In this document: positions 9,134-18,530 of the stretch, in pieces
How the letters are laid out: every line of letters begins with the position of its first letter
How positions within the stretch are numbered: position 1 is the stretch's first letter
DNA from: a bacterium
GTDB lineage: Bacteria; Eisenbacteria; RBG-16-71-46
Length of the DNA: 38,641 bases
Assembly: GCA_043779265.1 (NCBI GenBank)
Contig: JAYWEM010000105.1
Location: forward strand, 1-38,641
Direction: 5' to 3'
Notes under the pieces: generated by a model
What the model saw: only the letters and a program-made list of their open reading frames with translations
The model's database searches: none
What the model was told of the DNA's origin: nothing
Translations under genes and position numbers: made by a program

Positions 9134-10324
9134 ATGATCCGCTCCTCGCTGGCACCTCTTCTCTCGCTCGTGCTCCTCGCCGGATGCAGCGCGCCGCATC
9201 CTTCGGCTCCGGCGAATTCAGGCGTCCCCGGCGTCTCGGGCACGATGGCCGCCGCGTTCACGATGCGCGTCAGCGTGCCCAGCTCGACGCCGGCACCCGA
9301 CACCGTGTTCATCGCGGGCGACTTCCAGTCGTGGAACCCGGGTAGCCTCGCGCATGCGCTGACGCGCCAGCCCGACGGACGATGGACCGTCACGCTCGAC
9401 CTCCCGCCGGGCGTGCCGATCCGATTCAAGTTCACGCGTGGTAGCTGGGCTCGCGTCGAGAAGGGCCCCAATGCCGAGGAGATCGCCGACCGCGCGCTGA
9501 CGCCGCAGGCCGGGCTGACCTACGTCTTCAAGGTGGCGCGCTGGGCCGATCAGGGCACGATCAGCGGTCACGTCGAGAGCTTCACGCATGCCGCCTTCCT
9601 CGGCGGGCGGAGGCTGTGGGTGTATCTGCCGCCCGGCTATCAGGCCAGCACCGAGCGCTATCCGGTGCTTTACATGCACGACGGCCAGAACCTGTTCGAT
9701 GTCCGCACCAGCTTCTCGGGCGAGTCGCGTGTCGATGAGGCGTGCGAGTCGCTGATCGGCAGCGACGAGTTGCCTCCGCTCATCGTCGTCGGCATCGAGA
9801 ACGGTGGGGCGAGCCGGATCCAGGAGTACACGCCGTGGCCCGATCCGACCTACGGCGGCGGCGGGGCCGACGCCTATCTCGGAACGATCCGCGACCACCT
9901 GATCCCCGAAGTCGACCGGCGCTACCGCACCCTCGCGGGACCGAACTTCCGGTGGATGGCCGGATCGTCCTTGGGTGGCCTCGTCTCGATGTACGCGGGA
10001 CTCGCGTATTCCTCGACGTGGACGCGCATCGCCGCCGTCTCGCCCTCTCTGTGGTGGAGTAATCGCACGATGCTCGCGTGGTCGATCGGCCGGCCGCGGG
10101 AGGACCTGAATCGCGTCTACCAGGACATGGGCACCGCCGAGAGCGGCATCCAGGATCTGCGCGACATGCGCGCTCGGTTGATCTCGATGGGGTTCACCCT
10201 CAACCTCGACCTGCTGCACGTCGAGGCGACGGGGCACGGCCACAACGAGGCCTCGTGGGCGCTGCGCACACCGGCGATGCTGCAATTCCTCGCGGGGAGT
10301 TCGGCCACCGCCTCGGTCCCCTGA
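9134..10324 (+). CDS. Lipoprotein with CBM20-like domain and alpha/beta-hydrolase (putative esterase) domain
   Basis: Lipobox LLAGC; VFIAGDFQSWNP...FKFTRGSWARVEK (CBM20-like); YPVLYMHDGQNLFD, GSSLGG nucleophile elbow, HNEASW. Confidence 0.85.
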   Translation: MIRSSLAPLLSLVLLAGCSAPHPSAPANSGVPGVSGTMAAAFTMRVSVPSSTPAPDTVFIAGDFQSWNPGSLAHALTRQPDGRWTVTLDLPPGVPIRFKFTRGSWARVEKGPNAEEIADRALTPQAGLTYVFKVARWADQGTISGHVESFTHAAFLGGRRLWVYLPPGYQASTERYPVLYMHDGQNLFDVRTSFSGESRVDEACESLIGSDELPPLIVVGIENGGASRIQEYTPWPDPTYGGGGADAYLGTIRDHLIPEVDRRYRTLAGPNFRWMAGSSLGGLVSMYAGLAYSSTWTRIAAVSPSLWWSNRTMLAWSIGRPREDLNRVYQDMGTAESGIQDLRDMRARLISMGFTLNLDLLHVEATGHGHNEASWALRTPAMLQFLAGSSATASVP

Positions 10325-10463
10325 TCGCGTCGCGCGGGCATCGCTCGTCGGGCCGGGAGCGGCTCTCGTCAGTCGGTGGGCATCGTTCGTGCCCGCTCCG
10401 AGGCTAAGCTGGCCGTCGTCCACCTCGTTCAGGACCCACGACTCCCACTTCGAGGGATCTCCC

Positions 10464-11606
10464 ATGCGCTCACTCATCCGAAGCGGCCTCGCCATCGGCA
10501 TGCTGTTCGCCTCATTCGCGACCCCGACGTCCGCGCAGACCATCGCCGGTCCGCCGAGCGGGGACAACCAGAAGGCCTCCGTCTCGCAGTGGATCGGGCC
10601 CGTCCAGGTCACGATCGACTACAGCAGCCCCGACGTGCACTCCCCAACGGGCGAGGACCGGACCGGTCGCATCTGGGGCGAGTTGGTGCCCTACGGGCTC
10701 CACGACCTGGGATTCAACGACTGCAAGAGCTGCCCTTGGCGGGCGGGCGCCAACGCGAACACCGTGTTCACCGCCTCGCATGACGTCTCGATCGAGGGCA
10801 AGCCACTCGCCGCTGGCCGCTATGGACTGCACATGCTGGCGGGCAAGGATGAGTGGACGATCCTCTTCAGCAAGCGCTCCGACAGCTGGGGCAGCTACTT
10901 CTACGATCCGAGCGAGGACGCGCTGCGTGTGACGGTCAAGCCGAGCGCGTGCGAGTTCCACGAGTGGCTCACCTTCGAGTTCACCGACCGCCAGCCGACG
11001 AAGGCCACCGTGGCGCTGCGCTGGGAGAAGTTGCAGGTGCCGATGACGATCCAGGTGGCGAACCCCACCGCGATCTACGCGCAGCAGATCCGCGACGAGA
11101 TGAAGGGCGAGAAGGCGTTCCAGTGGGTGAATCTCGAGGCGGCGGCCCAGTTCTGGCTGCAGAACAAGCTCGACCCGAAGGAAGCAGCGGTCTGGGCGCA
11201 GAAGGCCGTGAGTCAGCCGGGCGTGGGCAGTGAGAACTTCCAGACGGTCACGACGCTGGCGCAGGTGCAGATGGAGGCAGGACAGAATGCGGATGCCACG
11301 AAGACGATCGACCGCGCGCTGGCCTCGGGCGGTGTGACGCCGTTCGCGATGCACCAGTTCGCCCGGCAGCTCCAGGGGCTCGAGCGGCCGAGAGACGCAC
11401 TGCGCGTGTTCGAGGCGAACTTCAAGCGCTTCCCGGGCCAATGGCCGACCGCGCTGGGCCTGGCGCGCGGCTACGACGGCGTCGGCGAGACGGCCAAGGC
11501 GATCGCGGCGGCGAAGAAAGCGTTGCCGACCGCGCCGGATGAGCCCAATCGCAAGAACATCGAGAGCTTCATCGCGCGGCTCGAGAAGAAGCAGCGAGGC
11601 GAGTGA
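10464..11606 (+). CDS. Secreted DUF2911-domain protein with C-terminal TPR-like helices
   Basis: Signal peptide; ASVSQWIG...IDYSSP...IWGELVPYG...WRAGANANT...WGSYFYDPSEDALR; helical C-terminus. Confidence 0.8.
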   Translation: MRSLIRSGLAIGMLFASFATPTSAQTIAGPPSGDNQKASVSQWIGPVQVTIDYSSPDVHSPTGEDRTGRIWGELVPYGLHDLGFNDCKSCPWRAGANANTVFTASHDVSIEGKPLAAGRYGLHMLAGKDEWTILFSKRSDSWGSYFYDPSEDALRVTVKPSACEFHEWLTFEFTDRQPTKATVALRWEKLQVPMTIQVANPTAIYAQQIRDEMKGEKAFQWVNLEAAAQFWLQNKLDPKEAAVWAQKAVSQPGVGSENFQTVTTLAQVQMEAGQNADATKTIDRALASGGVTPFAMHQFARQLQGLERPRDALRVFEANFKRFPGQWPTALGLARGYDGVGETAKAIAAAKKALPTAPDEPNRKNIESFIARLEKKQRGE

Positions 11607-12118
11607 GCCACGCTTCGGACGAGGCGACGCCACCCGCGTCGGTGCACACGATCAGCGTGCGCACGATGTCGGGTGGCGACGTGCCGCTCTCGGACTATGC
11701 GGGGCGCGTGCTCTTGATCGTGAACACCGCCTCGCGCTGCGGGTTCACGCCGCAATACGAGGCGCTCGAATCGATGGCGAACCGGCATCGTGATCGCGGC
11801 TTCGAGGTGCTCGCGTTCCCGTGCGATGATTTCCTGCGTCAGGAACCCGGCACGGACGAGGAGATCCTCGAGTTCTGCCAGCGCCGCTTCGACCTCCACT
11901 TCCCCGTCTTCTCCAAGCTGCACGTGAAAGGCCCGAAGATGCACCCGCTCTACACGCATCTCACGAAGGCTTCCGATCACGCGGGCGCGGTGCGCTGGAA
12001 CTTCACCAAGTTCCTGATCGACCGACACGGACGCACCGCGGCGCGCTTCGAGCCGAACGTCTCACCGGGTTCCGCACCTGTGTCGCGGGCCATACAAGAG
12101 CTACTCGAATCCGCGTGA
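11603..12118 (+). CDS. Cys-type glutathione peroxidase-family protein
   Basis: VNTASRCGFTPQY, LAFPCDDF, WNFTKFLID; GTG start overlaps the upstream stop. Confidence 0.92.
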   Translation: MSHASDEATPPASVHTISVRTMSGGDVPLSDYAGRVLLIVNTASRCGFTPQYEALESMANRHRDRGFEVLAFPCDDFLRQEPGTDEEILEFCQRRFDLHFPVFSKLHVKGPKMHPLYTHLTKASDHAGAVRWNFTKFLIDRHGRTAARFEPNVSPGSAPVSRAIQELLESA

Positions 12119-12915
12119 GCGATCCGACGTTGGGCCCGGACGACGAGGAGCCACCCCTCGCGCAACCCGAGGGCTACATCCCGGCCGACCCGAACGAGCC
12201 CGCGCCCGTCGAGCTGTGGCGAGCGGTCGGCGACGTGACGCCGTGGAGCACCGTTTTGCTGCTTCTGAGTTGGGCGTTGAGCGCGATCCGCGTGGGGAAC
12301 GCGGGCGGGCCCCCCGCGGCGAGCGCATTGATCGCACACGGCGCGAGCATCACCACCGCGACGGGCGTCGAGGCTCTATGGCGCGCGCTCGCCTCGACGT
12401 TCCTGCACAGCGGCGTCTCGCACTTGTTCTTCAATGCCGTCACGCTCCTCGTGCTGGGCCAGGCCGTCGAGCGTGTGTTCTCGAGGTGGGGCTTCTGGAT
12501 CGTGGCCGCATGGGGCGGCGCCGCAGCGTCGGTCGCGAGCCTCGCCTGGCGACTCAGCCGCGACTTCGATGGCGTCAGCCTGAGCGTCGGAGGCTCCGGC
12601 ATCGTGTTCGCGATGGGCGGCGCCCTCCTGCCCGCTGCCTTCCGGCTCCGCGACCGGCTCGCGCCGACGCGCGCGCGCGCGCTCGCCGCATCCGTGCTCT
12701 TCCTGGCTCTCCCTGGGTTCGCGAGCGGATTCGAGCGGCCCACGACGGACAATGCGGCGCACGCCGCGGGGCTCGCAGCGGGGCTGATCCTCGGCTCGCT
12801 GCTGCCGATCAGCACGCGGCTCGGGGGTGGCCGGGCCGGAGTGCTGGCGCAGGCGAGCGGCGCGCTGGGCGCGACTGCGATGGTGCTCGCCTTCATGCGC
12901 CTGATGTTCGGCTGA
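12115..12915 (+). CDS. Rhomboid-family intramembrane serine protease
   Basis: FLHSGVSHLFFN, GGSG (catalytic Ser), AHAAG (catalytic His); multiple TM segments. Confidence 0.85.
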   Translation: MSDPTLGPDDEEPPLAQPEGYIPADPNEPAPVELWRAVGDVTPWSTVLLLLSWALSAIRVGNAGGPPAASALIAHGASITTATGVEALWRALASTFLHSGVSHLFFNAVTLLVLGQAVERVFSRWGFWIVAAWGGAAASVASLAWRLSRDFDGVSLSVGGSGIVFAMGGALLPAAFRLRDRLAPTRARALAASVLFLALPGFASGFERPTTDNAAHAAGLAAGLILGSLLPISTRLGGGRAGVLAQASGALGATAMVLAFMRLMFG

Positions 12916-12945
12916 GGCGCTGGGCTCGCTCGAACTCAACACAGA

Positions 12946-12973
12946 GGCCCCGGTCCCTTGCGGGACCGGGGCC
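12946..12973. terminator. Intrinsic terminator hairpin with T-rich tail on the minus strand; may also end the + strand operon
   Basis: 12-bp stem ggccccggtccc-ttgc-gggaccggggcc; the minus strand continues TCTGTGTTG. Confidence 0.7.
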
Positions 12974-13049
12974 CTGGAACTTTCGGTGTCGATGGCGCTG
13001 GGTCGCCCCGTCGCGGGGCGAATCGGCGCCTGGCGGCAGCCGGAGTCCC

Positions 13050-13094
13050 CTACGAGGACGCCACCTCCACCGAACGACTACGTGAACTGTCCAA
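13050..13094 (-). CDS. Putative 14-aa small peptide MDSSRSRSVEVASS (TTG start)
   Basis: Minus strand reads AAGGAGGTGATCC-A-TTG: 13 nt complementary to the canonical 16S 3' end, AGGAGG 7 nt from the start. Candidate promoter TTGCAC-N18-CAGACT (13239-13210) and a downstream terminator. Confidence 0.5.
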   Translation of the reverse strand: MDSSRSRSVEVASS

Positions 13095-13245
13095 TGGATC
13101 ACCTCCTTCTCGGGGCTCCCACTGCGCAGAGGGACCCATCCCCCCCGATCCAACCGGCAGCCCGACCGGCAGGACCGCGCGTGCTTGGGCACGCGAGTGA
13201 GCTGCGAGAAGTCTGCTCCCGCTCCCCCCGAGCGTGCAAGCAAAA

Positions 13246-14541
13246 TCAGCGGGCGAGCAATTCGCCCAGCCGTTCGAGGCCGCGCTCGATCGCATCGACC
13301 GAGACCGCGCCCACCGAGAGGCGGAACCAGCCGTCCTCGTCCGGCAGCGCGAACGCCTGGAACGGCACCACCGCGAGGCCGGCCTCATCGAGCAACAGGC
13401 GACGCACCTCCTCGTTGGTGGCAAGATCTCGCCCCGCGATGCGCGTGGGCAGCTCGATGCGAGCCGAGAGGTAGAGCGTCCCGCGCGGTTCGACGGCGTC
13501 GATCGGGTGGCCCTCGTCACGCAGCCTCATGATGCCCTGATAGAGCCGATCGAGGCGCTCACGCAGCCGCCGCTCCATGTCGGCTCTCGCGTCCCGGAAG
13601 GCCTTCGCGTCCGAGAGGAAGGCCGCCGTCGCCACCTGCTCGGGCTTGGGGGCCCACGCGCCGACGTGGCCGAGGAAGTCCGACATGCGCTGCGCGACGA
13701 CCGGGTGGGCCACCGCCCAACCGACTCGAAGCCCCGTCGCCGCCAGCGACTTGGAGATGGCGTCGATGAGGATCGTGTAGGGCGCCACCTCGGGCACCAG
13801 CATCGCGGGCGTCACGGGCCTGGCATCGCCGAACGTCGTGGCCCAGTAGACCTGATCGAACATCAGGAACACGGGCCGCTCGCCGGTCGACTCGCGGCGT
13901 GCGTTCTCGGCGACGATCGACTCGCAGATCCCGGCCAGCACGGACGGCTCGATGTCGGTGCCGGTCGGGTTGAGCGGTGAGCACAGCGCGATCAGGCGCG
14001 CGCTCGGAAGCACCTCGGCGATCTGCGCGACCGTCGGGTGGAATCCATTGGCCCGCTTCACCGCGAGCGGCACCGCTCGCGCGCCGCACAGGTAGGCATA
14101 GTGGTTGTTGTTCCACGACGGCACCGGGAACACCACGGACTCGCCCGGCTCGACCAGCGTGCGATAGGTGCCGTAGATCAGCGGGCGGGCGCCGCCCGCG
14201 ATGAGCACGGACTCGATCGGCACCTGCAGCCCCAACTCGCGTCCGTAGAACTCGGCGACAGCCTTGCGAAGCTCGGGGATGCCGTTGGAGGGCGGGTAGT
14301 TGGTATGGCCATCGGCGAGGGCGCGCTGGATGCCGGCGATCAGCGGCGCGGGCACCGGGAACTCGCGCGAATCGAAGTCGCCGACCGTCAGGTTCAGGAT
14401 GTCGCGACCGGCCGCGATCGCGGCGCGCACCTGGCCTGCGATGCGAAGCACTTCGGAGCCGACCATGCCCTGCGCGAGGGTCGAGAGGGAACGCTCGTCG
14501 AGCTTGGGACTCTGGAGGCCGTGGGCCGGGGGCGTGCTCAT
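13246..14541 (-). CDS. PLP-dependent class I/II aminotransferase
   Basis: NLTVGD, NYPPSNGIPELR, CSPLNPTG, FDQVY, ISKSLAATGLRVGW (PLP Lys), WFRLSVG. Confidence 0.92.
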   Translation of the reverse strand: MSTPPAHGLQSPKLDERSLSTLAQGMVGSEVLRIAGQVRAAIAAGRDILNLTVGDFDSREFPVPAPLIAGIQRALADGHTNYPPSNGIPELRKAVAEFYGRELGLQVPIESVLIAGGARPLIYGTYRTLVEPGESVVFPVPSWNNNHYAYLCGARAVPLAVKRANGFHPTVAQIAEVLPSARLIALCSPLNPTGTDIEPSVLAGICESIVAENARRESTGERPVFLMFDQVYWATTFGDARPVTPAMLVPEVAPYTILIDAISKSLAATGLRVGWAVAHPVVAQRMSDFLGHVGAWAPKPEQVATAAFLSDAKAFRDARADMERRLRERLDRLYQGIMRLRDEGHPIDAVEPRGTLYLSARIELPTRIAGRDLATNEEVRRLLLDEAGLAVVPFQAFALPDEDGWFRLSVGAVSVDAIERGLERLGELLAR

Positions 14542-14606
14542 GAGGCGTCTCCTGCGCGGGAGTCAGAAGGAGATTCTGCGAGCCCCCCACGCTAGCAGCC
14601 GCGCCG

Positions 14607-16649
14607 CTACACCGCGAACGCCTCCGCCTTCCACGCGAGTCCGAGTTCCGAGGGGGGCGCCATGTAGCCCAGCATCGCGCTCGAGGCGACGACGCAGGGC
14701 GAGGCGAGATAACCCTCGCCGCCCAGGCCCATGCGATTCGTCCAGTTGCGATTGAAGCTCGTGATCGCACGCTGGCCCTTGCTCAGGGCGTCGGGGCCCT
14801 GACCGAAGCACGGCCCGCACCAGCTCTGCCGGATCTCACCGCCCACCGATCGGAACACCTGGGCGATGCTCTCGCCATCGAGCCTCGCGTCAGGATGTTC
14901 GATCCGCTCCTTGACGCCGCCCGATCCCGGGAAGATCACGAACTCGCGAGCCGCCTTGGCCCTACCGAGCGCGCGAGCCGCGCGCAGCACGAGCGCTGCG
15001 GACAGCAGGTCATCGTAGCCGCCGTTCGTGCACGAGCCGATCATCGCCTTGTCGAACTCGATGCGCTCCTTGGCCACATCCTCAGCCGGGAATGCATTAC
15101 CGGGGCTGAATGGCTTGGCGATCATCGGGCGGACGTCGGACAAGACGAACGTCTCGTCGATCTCCCACGCGACATCGGCGCCGGGCGCGATGCGCGGATA
15201 CGGCAGGTCCTTCATGCCCTTGGCGGCGAACCACTCGTAGGTGATGTCGTCCGGCGCGAAGATGCCGTTGTAGCTCTCGGCCTCGGCCATCATGTTGCAG
15301 ATCGTGTTGCGATAGGCGACCGGCAACTGCTGGTCGGCATCCACGAACTCGACGCTCATGCCCTGCGACTGCGCCGAACCCCAGCGCCGCAGCAGTTCGA
15401 GCACGAGGTCCTTGCCGGTGACCCACGGCTGCAGCGCGCCCTGGAACACCACGCGCCGCGGCTTGGCGACGGTGGTGTAGATGTGGCCCGTGCTCCAGCC
15501 GAAGCCGAGCGTGGTCGAGCCGACGCCGATTCCGATGGCGCCATAGGCGCCGTAGGCGCGCGAGTGCGAGTCGGCGCCCGGGATCATCATGCCCGGGTGC
15601 ACCAGCCCCTGCTCGGGGAAGTAGAAGTGGAAGATGCCGTCGCCGGGCGTGGCGTAGTAGGGCTTCTCGATGCGGTGGATCGCTGCGAACTGCCGGCCGA
15701 TCGAGGTCTGTTTCTCGTCCGCCTCGATCCCCGTGAACACGAAGTGGTCGTTGGCGATCGCGATCTGGCGCGGCCAGATCGCCGCGCCACCGGTGATCTG
15801 GTTGAACGTGTGGATCGAGAACGGTGCGGTGCCGTCGGAAGCGGGCAACAGATCGGCGTACACGCGCAGCGTCGAGCCGGCGCTCACCGATGCGTCCTTG
15901 TCGACGCGATGCGCCCACAGGATCTGTTCGGTGGTGGTGAGCGTGCGCGCCGTCGCGGCGTCGGGCCACGTGATGACGGGCGGACGCTGGACGGAGTCGC
16001 GGAACTCGCGGCGACCGATGGCGAAGATGCCGCCCGACTGCCGGATCTCGTCCTCCTTCGGCGTCAGCGGCACGGCATCGTAGCTGCGCTTCTTCGTCAG
16101 GTTGGTGAGGCGCCGCGTGTCGGTGTCGAACTCGAACTCGTCGCCGTCCTGCGCATCCATCACGGCATCGGCGCTCTGCGCCACCTGAAGCCCGAGGTTG
16201 AAACTGTTGCGACGGAAGATGTCGCCCATGTTGTTGGCGCACACGATCACCATCTCGAGGCCGACTTCCTCCGCCACTCCCTTGAGACCCGCGGGGCTCA
16301 TCTCGCGCGACGAGCCGATGGCGAATCGATCCCCCGCCACGACGAACGTCTGTCCCGCATGCACGCGCGCCCGGAAATCGGGCATCAGGTAGCGGAAGCT
16401 CCCGGCTTTCCAGCGCTCGTCCAGCGTCTCGAGACTCTCGGAGACGCAATCGGTCGCCGGCGTGATCTGGTCGGTGTCGATGGCGTCGAGCTTCTTGCCC
16501 GGCACCTTGGGGTCCCAGAAGATCAGGGCGGTGCCGCTGAGGATGCGGCCATCACTGCCGGAGGCGGCGGGCGCATCGCTCGGGCGCGGCCCGGGCAGCG
16601 AGTCCACGGTGACGCCGGGCTTGAGACGCGCCGGCTGCAGGGTGTGCAT
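14607..16649 (-). CDS. Aconitase/isopropylmalate-isomerase-family hydro-lyase; LeuD-like swivel domain fused N-terminal to a LeuC-like [4Fe-4S] domain
   Basis: N-terminal DAIDTDQITP and GDRFAIGSSRE (small-subunit motifs); later NDH, GADSHS, IGSCTNG, CGPCFG, TSFNRNWTNRMG, YLASP. Confidence 0.88.
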   Translation of the reverse strand: MHTLQPARLKPGVTVDSLPGPRPSDAPAASGSDGRILSGTALIFWDPKVPGKKLDAIDTDQITPATDCVSESLETLDERWKAGSFRYLMPDFRARVHAGQTFVVAGDRFAIGSSREMSPAGLKGVAEEVGLEMVIVCANNMGDIFRRNSFNLGLQVAQSADAVMDAQDGDEFEFDTDTRRLTNLTKKRSYDAVPLTPKEDEIRQSGGIFAIGRREFRDSVQRPPVITWPDAATARTLTTTEQILWAHRVDKDASVSAGSTLRVYADLLPASDGTAPFSIHTFNQITGGAAIWPRQIAIANDHFVFTGIEADEKQTSIGRQFAAIHRIEKPYYATPGDGIFHFYFPEQGLVHPGMMIPGADSHSRAYGAYGAIGIGVGSTTLGFGWSTGHIYTTVAKPRRVVFQGALQPWVTGKDLVLELLRRWGSAQSQGMSVEFVDADQQLPVAYRNTICNMMAEAESYNGIFAPDDITYEWFAAKGMKDLPYPRIAPGADVAWEIDETFVLSDVRPMIAKPFSPGNAFPAEDVAKERIEFDKAMIGSCTNGGYDDLLSAALVLRAARALGRAKAAREFVIFPGSGGVKERIEHPDARLDGESIAQVFRSVGGEIRQSWCGPCFGQGPDALSKGQRAITSFNRNWTNRMGLGGEGYLASPCVVASSAMLGYMAPPSELGLAWKAEAFAV

Positions 16650-16752
16650 GAAGGGGGCTCCTCGCGCGAGCGAAGGGGTACAAGGGGCTGAACGGTTCGC
16701 GGGTGATGATGCCGCGACGGCCGCGCGATGCGCAACCGGGCGCCCGAGGCGC

Positions 16753-17262
16753 TCAGGCGGCCCGCTCTCCCAGCGTGCGAACCGCGGACCGGGTGCTCAG
16801 GATGCGCACTTCCAGCACGCGGGCCTTGTTGACCAGCCGCGTTCCGGTCGGCGTGGTGAACGCGAAGAAGTCCTCGTCCCCGTTGAGGAAATCGCTGGCG
16901 CGATTGTGGGAGTCCGGCAACTCCATCGCGAGGATGCCGCCGACGGATTCCCCGGACGCCAAGCGCAGTTCGACCTGCTCCTCGCGCGTCGTCTGGTAGG
17001 CGCGTGGCCGGATCAAGTGCGACTCCACTTCGGGGCCCGCCTCGATCCAGTCGATCTGCTCACGCGTCGCGAGCACGACGACGTCGTCCTCGGCGCTCAC
17101 CACGGGGACGACACGCGTCCGCGCATTCAGTCGCTCGAGCAGCGTCTCGGGACCCGCATGCGCCTCGGCGAGCGGGAACAGGGACATGTGCACGGGATAC
17201 GGCGCCTGTCCGGCGACACACATCCGGACCGGCACCCGGAGCTTCTCGACGAAGCCGGGCAT
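16753..17262 (-). CDS. Hypothetical protein with two similar halves (resembles DUF6812-type RxSDxLN domains)
   Basis: RBS AAAGGAG before MPGFVEK; halves ETLLERLN...VVPV and NRASDFLN...FFAF...LVNKARV; divergent from pilT. Confidence 0.6.
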   Translation of the reverse strand: MPGFVEKLRVPVRMCVAGQAPYPVHMSLFPLAEAHAGPETLLERLNARTRVVPVVSAEDDVVVLATREQIDWIEAGPEVESHLIRPRAYQTTREEQVELRLASGESVGGILAMELPDSHNRASDFLNGDEDFFAFTTPTGTRLVNKARVLEVRILSTRSAVRTLGERAA

Positions 17263-17441
17263 GGTCTCCTTTCCGCCGGGGGGCATGCGTGGGTCATCGG
17301 CGCTCCCTTCACCGGGATTGAGTGCAACGAGAAGCCCTCAGAACCGGGTCCAGCACGCAATCGATCGGGCCGATGACACTGGGGACCGCCAGGGCGTTGC
17401 GACGCCCTCCCGACTCGACCCGGCACCGGAGCCGACCTCCC

Positions 17442-18530
17442 ATGGCTCGCATCGACGCCATCTTGAAGCAGGTCAAGGATCTCGGCGCCTCGGACTTGCA
17501 CATGACCACGGGCTCCCCGCCCATGGTGCGGATCCAGGGTGACATCACGCCCATCCCCTACGAGCCACTCACGAGGGAGATGAGCGAGATGCTGCTGTTC
17601 GAGATCATGGACGCGCCGACGCGTGCCAAGTTCGACGCGCAGAAGGACGTCGACTTCTCGTACGAGGTCGCGGGCGTGGTACGTGTGCGCTGCAACATCT
17701 ACGAGCAGTACAAGGGACCCGCCGGCGCATTCCGTGTGCTGCCGAGCCAGATCCTGACGCTCGACCAGCTCGGCGTGCCGCCGAACCTGGCGCGACTGAC
17801 CGAGTCGCCTCGCGGCCTGATCGTGGTGACCGGCCCGCCCGGTAGCGGCAAATCGAGCACGATGGCGGCGCTGATCGATCACCTGAACCGCACCCAGAAG
17901 AAGCACATTCTCACCATCGAGGATCCGATCGAGTACCGGCATCAGAACCAGCAGTGCCTCATCACGCAGCGCGAGGTGGGCCGCAACACACCGAGCTTCG
18001 CCAAGGCACTGCACGGCGCGCTGCGAGAGGACCCGGACGTGATCCTGGTCGGCGAGATGCGCGACACCGAGACCATGGCGCTCGCCATGACCGCCGCCGC
18101 GACGGGCCAGCTCGTGTTGGGGACGCTGCACACGATGAGCGCGACGCAGACCGTGGACCGCATCCTCGACTCGTTCGAGGGCGAACGTCAGGCACAGGCC
18201 CGGCTCATGCTCTCCGAGTCTTTGAAGGGCGTGCTGGCGCAGCGCCTGCTGCGCCGCTCCGACGGCAAGGGCCGCGAGTTGGCGCTCGAGGTGATGGTCG
18301 CGACTCCCGCAGTCTCGGCGCTGATCCGCGAGAAGAAGACCTTCCAGCTCCAGTCGGTCATCCAGACCGGTAAGAAGGAAGGCATGCAGAGCATGGATGA
18401 CGCGCTGATGCAGCTGGTCCGTGAGGGCCGCGTCACACCGCATGACGCCGCGCCGCATCTCTCGAGCAAGGAACTGCTGCCCGCGCTCGAGCGCATGGCG
18501 CCGCCCGGCAATCCCTCCCAGGCGGCTTGA
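17442..18530 (+). CDS. pilT: Type IV pilus retraction ATPase PilT paralogue 1
   Basis: ASDLH, Walker A GPPGSGKS, TIEDPIE, QREVG, ALREDPDVILVGEMRD; His box TGQLVLGTLH. Confidence 0.92.
   Translation: MARIDAILKQVKDLGASDLHMTTGSPPMVRIQGDITPIPYEPLTREMSEMLLFEIMDAPTRAKFDAQKDVDFSYEVAGVVRVRCNIYEQYKGPAGAFRVLPSQILTLDQLGVPPNLARLTESPRGLIVVTGPPGSGKSSTMAALIDHLNRTQKKHILTIEDPIEYRHQNQQCLITQREVGRNTPSFAKALHGALREDPDVILVGEMRDTETMALAMTAAATGQLVLGTLHTMSATQTVDRILDSFEGERQAQARLMLSESLKGVLAQRLLRRSDGKGRELALEVMVATPAVSALIREKKTFQLQSVIQTGKKEGMQSMDDALMQLVREGRVTPHDAAPHLSSKELLPALERMAPPGNPSQAA

Noticed and set aside
11603..12118. Selenocysteine glutathione peroxidase
   Set aside because: The active-site codon is TGC (Cys), with no in-frame TGA.
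13096..13110. GGATCACCTCCTT on the + strand as a 16S rRNA 3'-end fragment
   Set aside because: The flanks lack 16S helix 44/45 sequence. It is better explained as an extended SD on the minus strand.
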